Made by a program: the position numbers and the translations under genes. DNA of 64,000 bases, taken from contig RHPI01003369.1 of assembly GCA_009103225.1 (NCBI GenBank), positions 1,315,218-1,379,217 of the forward strand, given 5' to 3'. The notes under the pieces were generated by a model, which saw only the letters and a program-made list of their open reading frames with translations, searched no databases and had not been told where the DNA came from. This document shows positions 1-15,800 of this stretch, piece by piece. This DNA comes from Chlorokybus atmophyticus (lineage: Eukaryota > Plantae > Mesostigma and Chlorokybus algae). How positions within the stretch are numbered: the stretch's first letter is position 1; each line of letters opens with the position of its first letter.

Positions 1-3571
<3,571 letters not shown>

Positions 3572-3921
3572 CTTCTCCGGCATGGTGGCTGGCTGGCTGG
3601 CTGCTGACCTGCTTGCTGCTGCGCTGGACGCCTGAACTGCTAATCTAACGCGCAATCAACATCTAGACGCTTCGATTTTGCGCTCGTACACATGCTTGCA
3701 CAACCTCGCAATCGCCACAGCGACCGTCTCCGCTGCCACCGCCACCGCCGCCTACACCGCCGCCCACACCACCAACGACATCGCCGCCTTGGGCCAAGTG
3801 CTGCCGATATCAAGCACTTGCTCCGGTTAACAATTTGATATAGCAGTTGGTCCGATACCATTGAGCTGTAGCTAAGCTGCTGTTGCTGGTATAATTGGCG
3901 ACAGTGGCGGCTGTGACCAGC

Positions 3922-5580
3922 ATGGCTACGCACAGCGCGAGAGCCAGCTTCACCCTGAGGAAAGCTTACCTGATCGCCTACAATGCGTTCTCCTGCCTGG
4001 GCTGGTACGTCCAAGAGTGCCTGCTTGCACACCTTGCATGCATGCGTGAGAGAACGCTGCTGCTAGCAGCTAGCGTTCTGCGCGAAGCCTTGTCTCTTGC
4101 TACTTGTTGCTTGCGTTGGCTGCGTAACACTTGAATGCTGTGTTGTAGGGCGTACGTGCTCGTGGCCGCCTGTTCCGCTTATGCTTCACACGGCATTGGC
4201 GCTGTGTACGACGCCATCAAGCTGCCATTGCTGACGGTGCAGAGCACTATGAGCTTGGAGGTGAGCTGCAATCAGCATTCTGTGCGGTTGCAGTCAGCCA
4301 AAGAGAAGTGCTCACCAGGCGAGCTGATAGCGGTTGTGCAGCAATCTGATGTACTGCACATGCTTCTTGTACATGCAGATTATCCACGCCATGATAGGTG
4401 AGCAGCAGCCGAGCGACTGCCACCTTTCTGCTGCTTAGGCAATGGGACCTGGTTGCTCCAATGCTTCCTGTGTGTGGTAAGCATACGGAATGAGACACTG
4501 TTGTCAATGCAGGGCTAGTGCCATCTCCGATAATGGCAACTCTGCCACAAGTGGGCTCAAGACTCTTTGTATTATGGGCAGTGCTGTACAGCTTTCCTCA
4601 GGTGGGTTAAGCATCAGGCATGCTGCCTTAGTGTGGTCTAATTGTGCCATCTGCTGCTTGCAATCAAATGGACGATACAGCATCACAGTGTATTTTGATC
4701 ATAGAGGGTTGTTATGGGTCTGCGTCAATGCTCACTCACGCTTGATGACTCAGCAGGTTCGCAGCGAGCCTGCAGTGCTCTCACTTGTGGTTAGCTGGGC
4801 AATAACAGAGGTGAGTTGCTGGACTGTTCTCAAACTTGAGCAGTCACTGATTGGTGCAATCATATGCACACTAACCAAACACTTTCACACGCAGGTGATT
4901 AGGTACTCTTTCTTTACCATGAAGGTGACAACTGGTGACGCGCCTCGTTTTCTACTGTGGCTAAGGTTGGTTGTGGTTGACACCTGTGCATTGTTTTGCT
5001 TGCACGCGCCTTGACATTGCACTTGCTTTGTTGTTTCTGCAGGTACACAACCTTTTACGTGTTGTATGTGACGGGAATCTCAAGTGAAGTGTACCTCATC
5101 TGGAAAGCCTTGCCACACATACAGGTCAGCGGTCACGTCGCATTGGTAGGGCAGTCCTTGTATGCATCCGTTGTGTGAATAGTGTTCTGTAAAGCTCAGC
5201 TCGCATGCAAGGTGGACAATGCAGCTTACCAGTGCTGTAGTGAAATCTTCAAGGCAGGCATGTAACCTGGCAGGAACTCAATGCTTACTGTTGCCCCGCG
5301 CAGGCCTCCAAGCTGTACTCAGTCACATTGCCAAACAAGTTGAACTTTGCCTTTGACTTCTACATAGCGACTTTGGGCGTGTTGGCGGCGTATGTGCCAG
5401 GTACATAAAGCAGTAATCTTAACAATGCTGCAGGTTTTACTGCTATGCCAGTTGTGATTCTGGAGTGCCTAGCTGTTGTTTACAAGCGCTTCCTTTCTGC
5501 TTGCAGGAAGCCCTTTCCTTTACCTTTACATGGTTTCACAGCGCTCGCGAGCTCTCAAACCAAAGTCAAAAACTGCATAA
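3922..5580 (+). CDS. PAS2: Very-long-chain 3-hydroxyacyl-CoA dehydratase (PASTICCINO2/HACD/PTPLA family), 8 exons
   Basis: YLIAYNAFSCLGW|AYVL..., IIHAMI|GLVPSPIMATLPQVGSRLFVLWAVL, SWAITE|VIRYSFF, LWL|RYTTFYVLYVTGISSE, LPNKLNFAFDF, GSPFLYLYMVSQRSRALKPKSKTA* (TAA 5578-5580). All introns are GT-AG. Confidence 0.95.
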
Positions 5581-6193
5581 AGCATCTCTGCACCAGAAGC
5601 ACACTTGTCAGCCATGTCTGCGGGTTCGTGGCTGCTGTGCATCCTTCTCTGCTGCTGTCACAAGCTGCTATGACAATGTGTTGCAGAAAATGACTTGGGT
5701 GGAGATGCCAGCAACGAACAGCAGCTATACAAATAAGAACCTTTCTGAGGCAGCTGCAAGTGTGTAATTCTTATCAATATGCATTGCGCATGTGTGTTGT
5801 AAGCCAATTCTTTGCGCACAGTGCGTAGTGGTTTAGGTGACACGCTCACAAGCGTACCCAAGAAAGCGCAGCAGTTTGACAGTTGTCGCCAGTTGCTGTT
5901 GTCCCTTGCAATGTGGCTGTTGATAATTTGTACTTTCAGCAGAGGCTGCCAATGTCCGAGGTCAGTTGATTCAGTCTCAACGCACTCTTCACAGCACTCT
6001 TGTGTGCAAGCATAGAGCACACCTCTTCTGGCAGTGCACACATGCATTGTATGTATGCGGGGTGCTGCATCACACGCGCTGACATATATGCGCACTCGGT
6101 TGCTGCACATGCTACAGTCACATATGACGTGTGCATTGTATGTATACGTCATATACACAAGACAGCTGTAACACCAAGTTTAGGTGCATGTGT

Positions 6194-7907
6194 TCAGTTG
6201 GTGAACCTGGCCCCTGTGCGCTCACTCTCATCCAACAACTCCTTTGTGCATCTAATCAGCACATCAGCCTCCCCCGCATCCGCCGTGCCACACGCTCTCC
6301 ATCGCACACGCCCCTCCGCGTCCAGCAGGTAGGCGTACACCGAGAGCCGGTTGGTGATGCCGAGAGCCTTTCGCACGTGCTCGGTGTCGCCAAAGGTGTA
6401 CACGACGTCTGAGCGCATGGGAGAGGAGGAGTTCTTGCTTATGGTTGTCACGGCGTCGGGGGAGGCGCGCATAACGCGTAGCAGAAGGGACTGCACGACG
6501 GGGAGGGAGAACAGCCACGATTCTATCATAGAGACCTATGACAGGAGCCAAGTTTGGAATCAAAGAGACTGGGAGCAACGCGTGCGTGCACGTAATCAAG
6601 CATATAAGAACGACAGCCAGAAGAAAAGTGTTCAGTATCTTGTATGGTCCCCCACCTCAAAGCTGCGCACGCCTTGCTTGTCTCCAAAAACTTTCCTGAA
6701 CGGTTTGTGCCAGGAGTCCACCATAGGCTAACACATACACGAGCACGCGCGCGCATGCGTTAGTTTTTGTCAGCATGATGAAACCCACCATACATCTCAA
6801 TGCTGACTTGACACCCTCACCAAGCTTTGTCTTCGTCACAACATGCTCACCTGTGCTCCATCACGGAATGCGAGGCACACGAGCGCAACGCGTGGAGCGT
6901 CGTCCGTGTTGCGAGCGGGTGGGATGGTGAGGGCGAGGCTGGCGTTGCGCGCAGATATTGGCGGGAAGCGCGGGGCTGAGGCGGCGGGTGTCACTTGTGA
7001 CTGTGTTGGGAAAAGCTGTATGCAAACAACATGCACGTCATGTGTGTTATACACCAGCTTTGCGTAGCAAAGCGCACGTATGTTCATGAAGTAACGCACC
7101 TTCCCGCCTGTTTCTTTGAGCTCTCGGAAATCGTCAAAGTACCCCCGCTGCAGGTCCTCCTTGCTGGGATACATGCAGCTTTAGCACAACGCAGTGCATG
7201 TGTGTACTGTCAACATGTTGCAGTGCGTCAAGCACGAAACTCAGTTGCAGGTCATGCTTTTATGTGCGTCATGACCGTGACTTCATGGACGTTGTTGTAG
7301 GTGTGATACACGTATTCGGCTGAAGTCACTCTCACTTACAGTTTAGCCCTATTCTCCGCGCGCTTTTCTTTGCTGAACAACTGCAAAAAACCAAACGAGC
7401 CAAAATGACCCCTGATAGCATTGCACAGTGCTCTCGCGTGAGCCATGCATGTTGCAATTACCCGAGCCAAAAAGTTCTGCAACTGTAACCACCACACAAT
7501 TAATTTTACAGAATCGATTTTCAGTTGGCAATGTCACACTTGGCAATCCAATCACCACATCGCTGCTCACCTGCCAGAAGGACTTGCTGCTGCTGCTGCT
7601 GTTGTTCTGTTTGTCGTTGATGTTGCTGTTGGCGTAGCAGCGAGCGCTGCCGCCACTCACAAGTGCAAAGCGGTGCAAAGCAGGAGGTAGAGAGGAGTTT
7701 TGAGGACTGATGCTACGCAGCAATGATTGTGAAGCCGACTGCAACGCCTGCAGTTGGCTTGAAGGAGTAAAGATGTGATAGACTGAGGGTTTGCATGATC
7801 AAGTGAATGAGTGAACCACTGACTGAGTGCATGACTACACTCAGCAGCCATAAAAGCAATGCATGTGTGATGCTGACAACGCACACACGTACCCGACACC
7901 GCTGCAT
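6194..7907 (-). CDS. ATP10: Mitochondrial ATPase complex assembly factor ATP10, 6 exons
   Basis: N-terminal presequence-like stretch (MQRCR|ALQSASQSLLRS), then RAKLKEDLQRGYFDDFRELKETGGK, VALVCLAFRDGAQ|PMVDSWHKPF, and VYTFGDTEHVRKALGITNRLSVYAYLLDAEGRVRWRACG. Confidence 0.9.
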
Positions 7908-8695
7908 GACAAAACGACGGACCTCCTGCTCCTGCTCCTCCTCCTGAACGTCCTCAGCGGCCGCCGCCGCCGCTGCGCGGCCTATGCAATAGTAGAACCT
8001 GGGTCACGATGCTGTTGCTGTTGTAGTTGTTACTGAAGGTTTTTTACACAACGTGAGCTGCTTGCCTGTATTGAAAGCAGGAGCAAGCAGCCAGTTGTAG
8101 CCTGCACCCAGCAACGCATAAACACATGAACACACGCTGCCACGAGCAAAAGGCCAGGTGCGCCGGTATACACAAGGTGCCCATCTGGTAGCATGCTCAC
8201 ACCAGCAGGCAGTGTAGTTCCAAACATGCAAGGAAGCGAACACAAATATATAGAACACTTGTCCAGTCGATTACCCATGTGGCTTACACCAGCACACCGC
8301 ACCAGGAACAGGGTCTCAGAATGCCAGCAAGCAAGCGAAGCATGCATGTGTGACCTGTTGTGGTATAAACTGGGCACAAATGGACTTTGTACCGAATCTC
8401 GACCACAATGCTTGTGATGGTTGCCTTGCTTAAAACAACGAGAGAGTCGCATGCATCCACCACAGTTGGTATGGACTTCCTCCCCGTGCATTGATTTGTG
8501 TGCTAAATATGTGTGAATTTAGACCTTAGGTTTGGAGTCAGCAGCAATCAAGCACAGCACTGTAGTTGGAAATCAAACAGCCAGCATGCATAAGCTGTAA
8601 CTGCTATCAACAGTAGCTTGAACAGCCGGTTGCGGCGATTATGTATAGGGTAGCATGCACAACATGTAGGCAGGAAAGTTCAGAGTAAGCCCCTG

Positions 8696-11600
8696 TCACA
8701 TGTACTCCCCCTGTTCAAATAGCTCTTCCAGCATGTAATCGGCCACAACGCTTCTGCCGCCAAACTTGCGCCCGTGCAAGCTGTTGCGCGCCCTCTGGGC
8801 TGAAGCCAGATCCGCAAACGCCACGTACACCTGCTCATTAAGATGTCAATACCAAGCTGGTCAAAGCGTGCTGGATGTTGTTAAAATACATACATACAAG
8901 CATAATACATGCACACGTGCATGTATTGTATGCTTGCGCGCACGCTCTCTACAACGAACACGTTCAAACATGACAGACAAGCTCTCAACCAAACAGACGT
9001 GCGTGCACACCTTGCCAACACCGGGCGGTGCTGGATTGGACGGACTCGGCCTTGGAATAACCACACTTTGCACTGGCCCTGCAATTCAGAACATTGCACA
9101 CTTAGCAAGGCTGCACACCAAAGTTCAAGTAAAACAAAAGAAGACGAGCGGCAGCGCACCATATTTGCTGCACTCGTCGCGCATATCCTCCAGAATGTCT
9201 TGGTATTCCTGGTCATCTGCAAGCTCATCTGGCGAAACAGCCTGCAGTGCATCAACAGCAGACATAAGCCACATGATCTGCACACAGCCAAGCAAAAGGC
9301 AATCTAGACGAGTGCATACTTCCAAAAGGGTCACAACACGTGTAGGCGGGTGCGAAGATGGCGGTGGCGTGTTGCCAGAGCTCGGGAACCCGGGGATGCC
9401 CAGCGGGAAGGCATTTGCGCCAGTTGCACCCATCTGCGCGAAACAACCATCAGACCTAGCCTCCCATTGCAATTTGACCAGCATTGGTCCAGTGAGGCCG
9501 ATTCATGCGTGCATATATACTACATATCACACATTGACCATAAATGTATGTATGCGTATGCAGCAGTCAGCACTACCTGCATGGCAATCTGTGCCTGAGC
9601 TTGCTCAAACACAGAGCCTTGTTCTGGCTTTGGTTGTCCGCTGGCCGTGGCGCGCCTCACGGTGAGCGTCTTATCTCCCATCTTCATGTTGTTCAGCGCC
9701 GCGCACGCGATGTCCACAATGGCTGGATCCTGATAGACCGCGAATCCGTAACCCTTGGAGTTGCCGGTCTCCCTGTCCTTAACAAGGTCGAAGGCTTTGA
9801 GTGAGCCGAAGGAGGACAATAGCTCCTTAATCTGCTCCTCCGTGAGATAGTAAGGCAGGCCGCCAACAAAGATGCGGTCGGGCCCGTCCGCTCCACCGGC
9901 AGCGCCGGGAGTCAGTCCCACCGCGGCGAGGTTGAGATGCGGGCTAGGTGTGCTCGGGCCGAGCGCCGCCGCCATTGAGGGGTTGTAATCATTGGGTCTG
10001 CGCACTCGCACACTGATGCCGTCATAGATGATGCCGTCCAACGCCATGGCGTTGCTGGTCTCTTCTACGGTGCGGAACTCGACAAATGCAAACTTCTTCT
10101 CGGCGTTGATGTAGACATTCACAACAGAGTCCCCTGCAGCACAGCTGTCAAGTGATGCATGTGAAACACGGGAAGGACATGCAATGATGCGTGTGTGTGT
10201 GCATGCCTGGTAATATGGTAGTCACGTGCGTTAAGGTGAGTGTCACAACCATGCAAAGGCTTACCCGGACCAGCAGTGGCTCCACCCACCGCGGCCATCG
10301 CTGCGCTAAAGAAACGAGCCACACTCTGCACATGACAAGCTTTCAGCATGCAAGCCGACCAACAGCCCTTCTTGCATCTTGCAGCAACACTGATGGCTGT
10401 CTGGTGTGCCTTTTTGCCAGCGGCATAATTAGGGCTACGCGCTAAGCCTACAAAATAGCCATTTGACAGAATCAGGTCCCTTGTATGCTGGGGCAGATGC
10501 AGACGACAAACCAGCAAACCTGCTGTGTGGTTGCGCCTTACAGAGTGATTGCTGAGGCCACAAGGGGCATGCGTTTAATCTGTAACAAAACGACGCGCAA
10601 ACGAACCACGACAAGCCAACCACATCAGCCCCCAGTAGATGTGGACGCAGCTGTAGGATTCACAATGCACCCGACGATGTACTAACCACAGCATCAGACC
10701 TGTTCATTGGCGCCAGGGGGCAGTCCACCAACATACACGCGGCGGGCGTGGCGGGTAGCTTGCAGCGGCTGCGCTGGCATTGCTGGCATGCCACCGTACT
10801 GAAAGCGCAAGCACATTAACAACTGCAATGCACAACAATGTCTTGCAACGCTTGCAAGCACTCTCTACCTGAGTCCCGCCAAAGGCACTGCCAGTGAACA
10901 ATGGGGCGGGAACTGCTACAATATCCCAGTCAGCACAAAGTCCAATGCTGCGATGAAGCTGCAGATGCGAGGGCCAACCCAACATAAACAACTGTGAACT
11001 GACCTGATGAAAATCCAGTCGGCGGAGCCCCACCGGGCGGCGGCTGATCAAAACCACTGCGCTTGCTGCAAAAGGGTCACGCTCAGTTCTTGGTGTCTGC
11101 TGAAAGCAAGACATCACAACATGCAGCTGTACAAGGTGCTTACGCGCGGCGGGTGTCTTTGGATGGTGAACGAGTACGCGACCGAGAATGCGATCGAGAG
11201 CGTGAGCGCGATCGATGCCTTGAGGAGCGATGGGATCTCTCTCTATCATCTCTTGAGCGATGCCTGCATTAGCAAATGCACGCACACTGACAATGAGAGG
11301 CTGATGATGGTTTCTCTACTTCAGCAAAACAAGAGCTTCCACTTGAATTGTTACCTGTCTCGATCTTTAGAAGGCTCTCTGTCGTCATGGTGGCTGCGTC
11401 TCGAGCTGCGGTGCCCATCCCTGTCCCGGTCTCTGTCCCTACCCCTGTCTCTGTCTCGGTCACGGTCACCTCTGTCTCGTTCGCGCCCCCCCCGATCCCG
11501 ATCCCCTCTGTCGCGGTCTCGACTGCGGTCGCGGTCACGGGAACCACGGTGCAGCTCGCGCTCCTTGTCGGCTTCCTCGTCAGGGTCATACACGCGCTGG

Positions 11601-12309
11601 GATAGAGCACAATGCGGCTGAGTGCTAGGAATTGACACATGCAGACAGAAGCCATCAAGCGAAAACAAGACGCGTGCTGTTTTGGTAAACATTATGTCTG
11701 GATTGTCGTATGCATGCAACAGTACATCCATGCTGGACTGCACATGAGGCACTAGTAATGACCAGTGATAATTGCGACAATCGCAGAGTGCTTCCAGCCA
11801 TTGCAGCACGCAAGCAAACTGTACAATGCGCCATTTCATATGCCGACATGACTTAACCGCACGTAAGAGCACGCAACTGAAGACGCGCGTGCACATAACT
11901 CCTTTCACTGAATCTGGACAAAGTTACTCTCAGCACCGACACCCCAGTGCGCCAACCAACAACAACCAGCTGCTCTATTGCCAGGAGATGGGGTGCTGAA
12001 CACAACATAGGCAAAGCAAGTGCTTGCGGCCATTGCAGCAAGCACGCAAGCTGTGCCACATTCATCCCGGCATGACTTGAATGCAACCAGAAGCACACGC
12101 AACTGAAACTGCGCCAAATCAACCCAGACACAACAAAGCCTCCTCGCATAGAGCTTGGACACAACGCTCATAGCACCGACAGCCACCCATTGCCCTGTTG
12201 CAAAGCGCACCTCATGCCGGCTGCCTCCGTTCTGCGGCGGGTTGGACGGATCAAACAAGCCCTCCGGCCCGCCCTCTTCAGGCCCGGGCGGCTCCATGCC
12301 GTCCGCCAT
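8696..12309 (-). CDS. U2AF65: Splicing factor U2AF large subunit (U2AF65), ~11 exons
   Basis: RD/RS-rich N-terminus, KRSGFDQPPP, QATRHARRVYVGGLP, RRM1 (NVYINAEKKFAFVEFRTVEETSNAMALDG), RRM2 (DRIFVGGLPYYLTEEQIKELLSSFG) and UHM (EYQDILEDMRDECSKYG...GVGK|VYVAF...GRKFGG). Stop TGA at 8698-8696. Confidence 0.97.
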
Positions 12310-12378
12310 GCCCCGAACCCCGCCGCCGCCACCACCGCCTGGATAGGTCCCCTGAACCCAGCCAAATCTTAATTCATC

Positions 12379-12387
12379 AAACCCTAA
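12379..12387. promoter_or_regulatory. Telo-box (AAACCCTAA) upstream of the U2AF65 start codon
   Basis: Exact plant telo-box 70 bp upstream of the ATG. Function is inferred from land-plant knowledge. Confidence 0.4.
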
Positions 12388-12857
12388 TTGGTCCGAACCC
12401 CGGCAGAGAGAAAATTCGTGTACGCCGCTGCCGTGCGCATCTCCTTGACAGAAATATCCCGTAGTGTAATTGTGATATCGTCGCTTAACCACGTGACTTG
12501 GCGGATTTGTTCACTCTTTTGAGAGGGCTTGCTTTGGCTGCCAGCTGGCAGGCTAAGCAGGTGGTGTGATTGTGTACGGCATCAGTGTTGGACGTGGCTA
12601 TGGGTGTGGGAGAAGCAGGCAGTCAGTAGGCTATGAATGAATCATGGCAATGTTGTGCTCTTGGATCAGGGTGCTTAACAGCTGATGGGTGACATGGCAG
12701 CTGCTGAATAAGGCTGAGGAAGAGTGTGACCTGTTGTAGCGGGACACACACTCGCACAGTACGTCAACATTTTTGGGCTGTGCGTAGGCCAGACGCCTTG
12801 GGCAGATGCTGTCGATGCGCACAGTTTCAGTAGTAGTGTAGCTGTTAGCTCCATGAG

Positions 12858-15800
12858 ATGGTTCTACATGTGTCTCAAAGGACGCTCAGCGCTCCCACAA
12901 CCCCAATGAGATCCGCCCGCAGCCACACAAGCGACAACTTTGATATCAATGCCGATATCCCCATCCCCGGCTCAGTCACGGCGCGGTCGATGCCTCCACT
13001 GCCGGCAATATCGGCGATATCGTCGACACCGGCGATATCCGCGCAAGGCAGGCAGGAGGATGTTGCGTTGGTGCATAAGAGTGTGAGTAAGGGTGGGTAT
13101 GGGTACGGGACACAGCAGCAGCAGCAGCAGCAGCAAGCGATGCCGCTGGTGAAGAGGAATATGTTGGAGATGTGGCTGGATGATGCGCTGAAAGACGAGC
13201 GGGTGTTTGTGGATGCGGACGACAACAACAGGTACGTGAGGCTGTCATGCCAAAATGCGTGTCATGTGCGTGTGCGCGCGTGCATGCGTGTGTTAAGTGC
13301 AGCACTACTCAACTGCACAAGAAACAGAGAGCGTTTTGTGTTGTGAGTTGTGTTGTTGTGTTCTGTTGTCGTGTATCATAGATGGGTGATCATCACAGAC
13401 AGCATGGAGATGGCGTGTACGGCGGGCTGCAAGGGTTTGGCATGCGTAAGCGGGAGCTTGTCGAATCAGGTTGGGACTTGTGTCTCAACTTAACAATTCA
13501 TCATGTTGGCTTCATTGTAGTATAAATACACACTTCTCCAACCAGGTTTGGCGCCTGCGGTGGTGGACCGCATGTACCGCACCCTCTACGTCCACGCGAC
13601 GGGTCTGAACGACACCGTGAAGGAGCTCATCGGCCACGTCGGCCCCGCGCACGCACGCGCAGCGCTACTCAACAACATATGGGGGAGCTTCCTGCACCTG
13701 TGCGAGCGCAACCTACGCGTGAGTGTGCGCGCGTGTGAGCATGGGCGTGTGTCAAACAACGCAAAATTATGTGCACGCGGGAGCGCACGTGTGCATGCGT
13801 GCACATATGCGCGCAAGTCTGTGCATGTCAGTGTGCACGCGTGCATGCGTGTATGTGTGCATGTGCGTGTGCGTGTGTGCATGCATGTGCGCGTGCGTGT
13901 ATCACACAACAACATAACAGCACCGCACAGCACATGACATCTGATTGACTGACCCAGGTTGAGTTGAAGTCTGAGTTGAGGGACCTTCAGCAAAGGTCTG
14001 AGGATGCCAAGCACGAGAGCGTCACGCTGAGGCGCATGCTCGCGGACGCGCGCGAGCACCAGGTTGGGAAGGAATTGTTGTTGTGATATTGGTACCAACA
14101 ACGTCATTGCTGTGCGTGTCCTGAGCGATATCAATTGTAGGTGGCGGCAATGAGGGAGATATCCGTGCTGGAAAGGAGATATCAACACGAGGCAGACACC
14201 GCCACTAGCTTCCAGAGACAGGTAGTATGGTTGTTATTGTTGTTGATGTTGATAATGATGTTGTTGTTGGTGTTGTTGAAGACAGTGATGTTATTGATGA
14301 TATCGTTGTTGACACAGATTGGGGATCTGTCGAGGGCGTTGGATATTGAGCGTAGAGCTCGCGAGCACGCGGGTCGGCGTTACCACGCCGAGCGGGACTT
14401 ACGAGTCCAAGCCGAGGAGAAGGCATGTCCACATTCATGGCAACATACACACCAGTCTACCACCAACCACCACGCTAACAAGTTGTTTGTCATGCAGTTG
14501 AGGATAGCCATGGACGAGGCCAACGACAGCGTCGAGGCCCTCGAGCAGGCCGAGCGCAGGTTGGATGCTACGGAGAGGGAGTCTACCAGGCTTGCTGGGG
14601 AGATGGACCTGGTGAGATGCCAGCTGGAAGATGCGACGGCGCGGATTAGAGATGAGATCAGTCTGAGGGAAGCGGCTGAAGAGCAACAGGTGAGATGGGG
14701 ATGATGATGATGATGATGGTGACGGTGGTGATGATGCGCGCATACAGATACACGTGCGCGCACACACATATATATGCGTGAGCACGCGTGCACGAGCATG
14801 CGTTCGCATGTGCGCACACACACACGCACAAGTGTCTGTGCACGCGCGCCCACCCACCCACCCACACACAGTTCCTCCTCTCCTCCCGCACCTCTGCCGC
14901 CGAGTCCCTTGCCCGCTCCTCCTCCGACAAGTACAAGTCCGAGGTGCGCGCGCGCGTCATGCTGCAGGGGGACCTCGCGCAGAAGAAGGAGGCGTACGAG
15001 GGGATGATGAACGACAACGACAACTTGAGAGGGGCGGCGGAGAGGTGAGTGGGGNNNNNNNNNNNNNNNNNNNNNNNNNNNNNNNNNNNNNNNNNNNNNN
15101 NNNNNNNNNNNNNNNNNNNNNNNNNNNNNNNNNNNNNNNNNNNNNNNNNNNNNNNNNNNNNNGGGGGAGGGAAGGGTGAAGTTAATGTGTAATGTGTTTC
15201 AGGTTGCGTGGGGAGTTGGAGGGTGAGCGTGTGAGGGTTGGGGAGCTTGAGGGAAGGACGAGGAGGTTGGAGGATGAGGGGAGGGAGCGGGAGAGAGAGA
15301 TGCACGAACGGGAGATGGTACGTGTGAGCACGTGAACAAGGGGGCATGCATGTGTACGTGTGTACATGCAGTCATGTGGTAACCTTTGGTTCTAAGGCTA
15401 ATCAGTTCTGTCTACGCGCACACACACATAGTGATACTACCACCACAGCAACCACATTGTCAGCCACGCTGCCATGGGCGTGGTGGATCATCACACTCAC
15501 CAGCACATGACTCTGTCCACAGCGCATGGCCCAGTGTCAGGACGAGCTGAAGCACGCGGCCGCCCGTTCCGACCGCGCCAAAGAGGAGGTGTCGGCCCTC
15601 ACGGCCCACATCACGCACCTGACGAGCAAGTGGGACGTGCTGTCGGCCGCGCACGCCGCGCTCACGGGGGAGCACGGGACGCGGCAGGTAGAGTGCGTAC
15701 GTGCGTGCGTGCGTGTACGCAGAAGTGAAGATGCGTGCGTGCGCGTGCGTGTGCGTGTGCGTGTACGTGTTTGTGCGTGCATGACCCTGCATGTGTGGGT

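Noticed and set aside
4439-4476. Apparent cassette exon inside a PAS2 intron (acceptor gcttag, donor gtaagc)
   Set aside because: The flanking sub-introns would be only ~35-40 nt, shorter than any other intron traced here.
8766-9665. 299-aa plus-strand ORF
   Set aside because: Antisense shadow of U2AF65 exons and introns; no recognizable motifs.
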